DNA of 33,204 nucleotides from Asterionella formosa (Eukaryota): NCBI GenBank assembly GCA_002256025.1, contig NKIB01000377.1, positions 1 to 33,204 of the forward strand, read 5' to 3'. Shown piece by piece: positions 31,450 to 33,204 of this stretch (position 1 is its first letter; each line of letters starts with the position of its first letter). The notes under the pieces were generated by a model. It saw only the letters and a program-made list of their open reading frames with translations, ran no database searches and was not told where the DNA came from. The position numbers and the translations under genes were made by a program.

Positions 31450-31905
31450 ATGAATGATGATGCATGGGATGATTTATGCGTGAATCCACATGAAGGTGCT
31501 CGAGAAAAAGGGCGCCGCGAAGGACACGAGGCGGGGAAAATCAAAGGGTTTGAGGATGGAATGAATCTGGGAAACATTAAAGGAGTCGAATTTGGCATGG
31601 AATTGGGATTTTTGCGAGGCATAGTCCATGAGATTGAGACAGAGTTTATAGTCCACCCAGGACAACAAGAGAGAATAAGCAAAAGCATCAAAGAGTTGAA
31701 ACATATGATAACGACATTTCCGAGCCCTGATGAATTATTCAAAGAAACATCAAATGAGAAATTGGATCTTTCAGCTCGTTTGCAGCGGGTACGAGCCAAA
31801 TACAAGGTCCTGACAGTTCAATTGCATATCCCCTACGTCACTCTCAAGGATGTACTGAACGAACAACGCAATCAGGGGACTTCTCCAGGAACGTCGGAGT
31901 GGTGA
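31450..31905 (+). CDS. LTO1: LTO1/ORAOV1-like protein (Yae1_N deca-GX3 family; CIA Fe-S adaptor), 151 aa
   Basis: GX3 repeat EGAREKGRREGHEAGKIKGFEDGMNLGNIKGVEFGMELGFLRG, the motif FP...LQRVRAKYKVL, and a C-terminal Trp (..TSEW*). The likely start is MNDDAWDDL at 31450 rather than 31333. Confidence 0.8.
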   Translation: MNDDAWDDLCVNPHEGAREKGRREGHEAGKIKGFEDGMNLGNIKGVEFGMELGFLRGIVHEIETEFIVHPGQQERISKSIKELKHMITTFPSPDELFKETSNEKLDLSARLQRVRAKYKVLTVQLHIPYVTLKDVLNEQRNQGTSPGTSEW

Positions 31906-33119
31906 CGGAGTTCGGAAAGGATTAGGCACGCTTGTTTGGATCGATTAGCCATAATATGGATGTTTTGGATGGTCTCTCGCCGTACATATAAAACTCAGGC
32001 TGCGAAAATAAACCTGAAAAAACAGAAAATTATCACCGGGTCATTTTCGAGACAGAACTTTCTTCCATCATGAGAGTGCTGATTATTCATTGAATCTGTT
32101 TGCCTATGTGGTTCGTTGGCAAGCCTTTGTATAGTTTGGATACAGTGACTACCAGTGGTCTAACTAGCTTAATGTATAGACCTCATGCAGGCTTAAAGCA
32201 ATATATAGTCGCAACTAAAATATATATCTCCTGCCACCTAGCTCATTAACGGACTTTAGGAGTACACAGCACTGGTGCCTGCCTCCGTTTTGCTCACAGT
32301 CTATCATGTCAATGATAATTAAGATATTTGTTTCGATAGGCTGACTAAATATGTATAGCCTTTACTTCAAATGAGGAGGACACATAAATATTCTCAAAAT
32401 TAGTACATTATATGCAGCCGACAAGCAAATAAGGCTCCTAATAAAGGCGGTTTGTTGCTAGGGAAAGGATGGCTAAATACCATCTCAACTAAAGACTTCC
32501 CGGGTTATTGTATCCATCAATATATGGATGGCTGGCTACCTGGTAACGGTTAGTAGGGGTACCGGTACGCTACATACATACCTATACATACAATCCCAGT
32601 ACTGGTACCTGGTACCACTTAAAAACTGTAAACCACCGCTGCTACGGCGACTTTTGAACTGTAAGCCACCGCTAAACGGAGTAAACGCACGATTTGAACT
32701 TAGTTTACAAGATACGCTATTTATTGTGACGAACGAGTTATTCAGATTTATATACCGAGTAAATACTTCCGTACTTGTATTGTTGCATTGTGTACATAGT
32801 TAATTAGGTATTATCGACCAAAGGTTGCTGTCGACGTGAAATTGCGCAAATTGGATATTTTCACGTTTACTCGATTGAGCAAGCATCACCTTTTATATAC
32901 GTATCCAGCTATTAGAATATTCCTCCGCTAGAAACCTAATTTAGTATCCTCTAAAATTTATTTAATATGGCTACAATGTCATTGTGCTTTCGCTCGTGTG
33001 CCATAATAAAGAGATAGATTCAGTAATGGAAAACGTCAAATAGGAATTCTTGGCGCGCCCGAATTATGAGTACAAAATTAAATGCAAACACAACAATCAC
33101 CCATCACAATACCAACATC

Positions 33120-33204
33120 ATGACCTCGAAAACGCCTCGACAAGGCAATGCCTTGCCTCGAAAGAAATTGTCTCCTGAAGAGTTGGTCAGTGTTCAGATT
33201 TGTC
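33120..33204 (+). CDS. Probable 5' end of a further gene (truncated): MTSKTPRQGNALPRKKLSPEELVSVQIC...
   Basis: An ATG follows a C/A-rich leader (ACAACAATCACCCATCACAATACCAACATC) like other diatom 5' UTRs. The frame stays open to the window end. Too short to identify. Confidence 0.35.
   Translation, partial: MTSKTPRQGNALPRKKLSPEELVSVQIC

Noticed and set aside
24261..31905. Functional Fe-S gene cluster (U32 + LTO1)
   Set aside because: The proteins act in different compartments and pathways, and are separated by PSMB5 and TE relics; the proximity is probably chance.

Overview
Eukaryotic nuclear DNA, very probably from a diatom. The evidence is short GT-AG introns with CTAAC-type branch points, an ASA-FAP bipartite plastid-targeting signal and typical diatom gene families. 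Nine intact protein genes are supported: a kinesin-14, a TKL-like kinase, a class-3 lipase, a myristoylated TLDc protein, an 82-aa plastid microprotein with a 380-nt intron, a vWA/alpha-kinase fusion, a plastid-type U32/RlhA-like Fe-S enzyme, proteasome beta5 and an LTO1-like adaptor. A possible tenth gene starts at the right edge. The genes are separated by AT-rich, CpG-poor tracts of decayed DNA transposons (pogo-, piggyBac- and mariner-like), a pair of inverted MITEs, a tRNA-headed SINE-like element, small tandem repeats and dispersed GGTACC(A/T) heptamer clusters. The most interesting candidate is the four-module protein (DUF4258/RelE-like domain + vWA + Zn finger + alpha-kinase). Next are the SINE-like element, the plastid-targeted U32 enzyme and the structured long intron with a distant branch point. 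All family assignments come from motif recognition by eye; no database searches were run.
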